A DNA stretch of 64,000 nucleotides from sequence record OP617741.1; one strand, given 5' to 3'. The notes beneath the pieces are model-generated. The model worked only from the letters and a program-made list of their open reading frames with translations. It ran no database searches and was not told the origin of the DNA. Of the stretch, positions 63,721 to 64,000 are shown piece by piece; position 1 is the stretch's first letter, and every line of letters starts with the position of its first letter. The stretch is from Klebsiella phage KP13-16. A program made the translations under genes and the position numbers.

Positions 63721-64000
63721 ATGAGTAAGATAGAATATGAAACATCTTATGAAAGGATCCTAAGATTAGATAATAAAAGAATTGGTCAGATGTACCCTAT
63801 AATCTTCAGAGGAAGAAAAGATGGGTGTCATGATATTGTAGAAAATATCTTAGGGTTAATTACAGATCATACTACTAAGCAGAAAGAGATTGAGTGTTAC
63901 AGAACTTTACTTTATAATCTAGTTTATTCTTATTGTTACAAAGGTTATGAAGGTATAGTTTTTTCTTCTAATAAAAATAATTTTAAGAGTTATTATGTAC
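63721..64000 (+). CDS. 3'-truncated hypothetical protein (NUMOD4-like YKGYEG motif)
   Basis: ATG with RBS TAAGGAG. It is open to the window end, and ...CYKGYEGIVFSSN resembles the IKGYEGHYQVSN motif of HNH homing endonucleases. Confidence 0.35.
   Translation, partial: MSKIEYETSYERILRLDNKRIGQMYPIIFRGRKDGCHDIVENILGLITDHTTKQKEIECYRTLLYNLVYSYCYKGYEGIVFSSNKNNFKSYYV

Noticed and set aside
1-64000. CRISPR arrays, rRNA, tRNA genes
   Set aside because: No direct-repeat/spacer periodicity and no cloverleaf-like GC-rich 75-nt elements were recognised by eye in the intergenic gaps. The largest gap (55357-55682) was inspected and folds as a hairpin plus promoter, not a tRNA. A tRNAscan/Infernal run would be needed to be certain.

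Overview
This window reads as part of a tailed dsDNA phage genome of low GC (roughly 36-38%), probably a myovirus infecting a Gram-negative host. No database search was possible, so every call rests on motifs read directly from the six-frame translations.

Layout:
- 1-19.5 kb, + strand: a late structural module. It holds sheath-like and tube-like proteins, a chaperone pair joined by a programmed -1 frameshift, the tape measure, a P2/Mu-like baseplate (gpV, gpW, gpJ and gpI-like), and two large tailspikes with pectate-lyase-like depolymerase motifs.
- About 19.55 kb: a perfect bidirectional terminator hairpin separates this module from a long minus-strand block.
- 19.6-58.9 kb, - strand: replication and nucleotide-metabolism genes, interleaved with accessory genes. 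The replication genes are an SSB-like protein with an E. coli SSB C-terminal DFDDDIPF tip, a family A DNA polymerase interrupted by a LAGLIDADG intein, a T7 gp4-like primase-helicase, NrdD, NrdG and an RNA-ligase-like protein.
- Accessory content on the minus strand, in order:
  - three glycosyltransferase-like genes;
  - a GC-rich islet of presumed foreign origin;
  - a Ter-type cluster: PRTase-like, HAD-like, MazG/HisE-like NTP pyrophosphatase, secreted SleB-like hydrolase, two TelA-like coiled-coil paralogs, two TerD paralogs, a vWA/TerY-like protein, TerC and a Bfd-like [2Fe-2S] protein;
  - an NAD+/ADP-ribosylation module: a NadR-like bifunctional NMN adenylyltransferase/ribosylnicotinamide kinase, a WGR-domain PARP catalytic homolog with an intact H-Y-E triad, and a macro domain protein, interspersed with homing-endonuclease-like/AP2-domain paralogs;
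  - small membrane proteins and a lipoprotein.
- 58.9-64 kb, + strand: small early-type genes that begin at a divergent sigma70-like promoter region. They include an HD-domain fragment and a Pol-beta-type nucleotidyltransferase-like protein.

No rRNA, tRNA or CRISPR array was recognised by eye.

The most novel-looking content is the phage-borne PARP-macro-NadR module and the Ter-type (TerC/TerD/vWA/PRTase/HAD) cluster.
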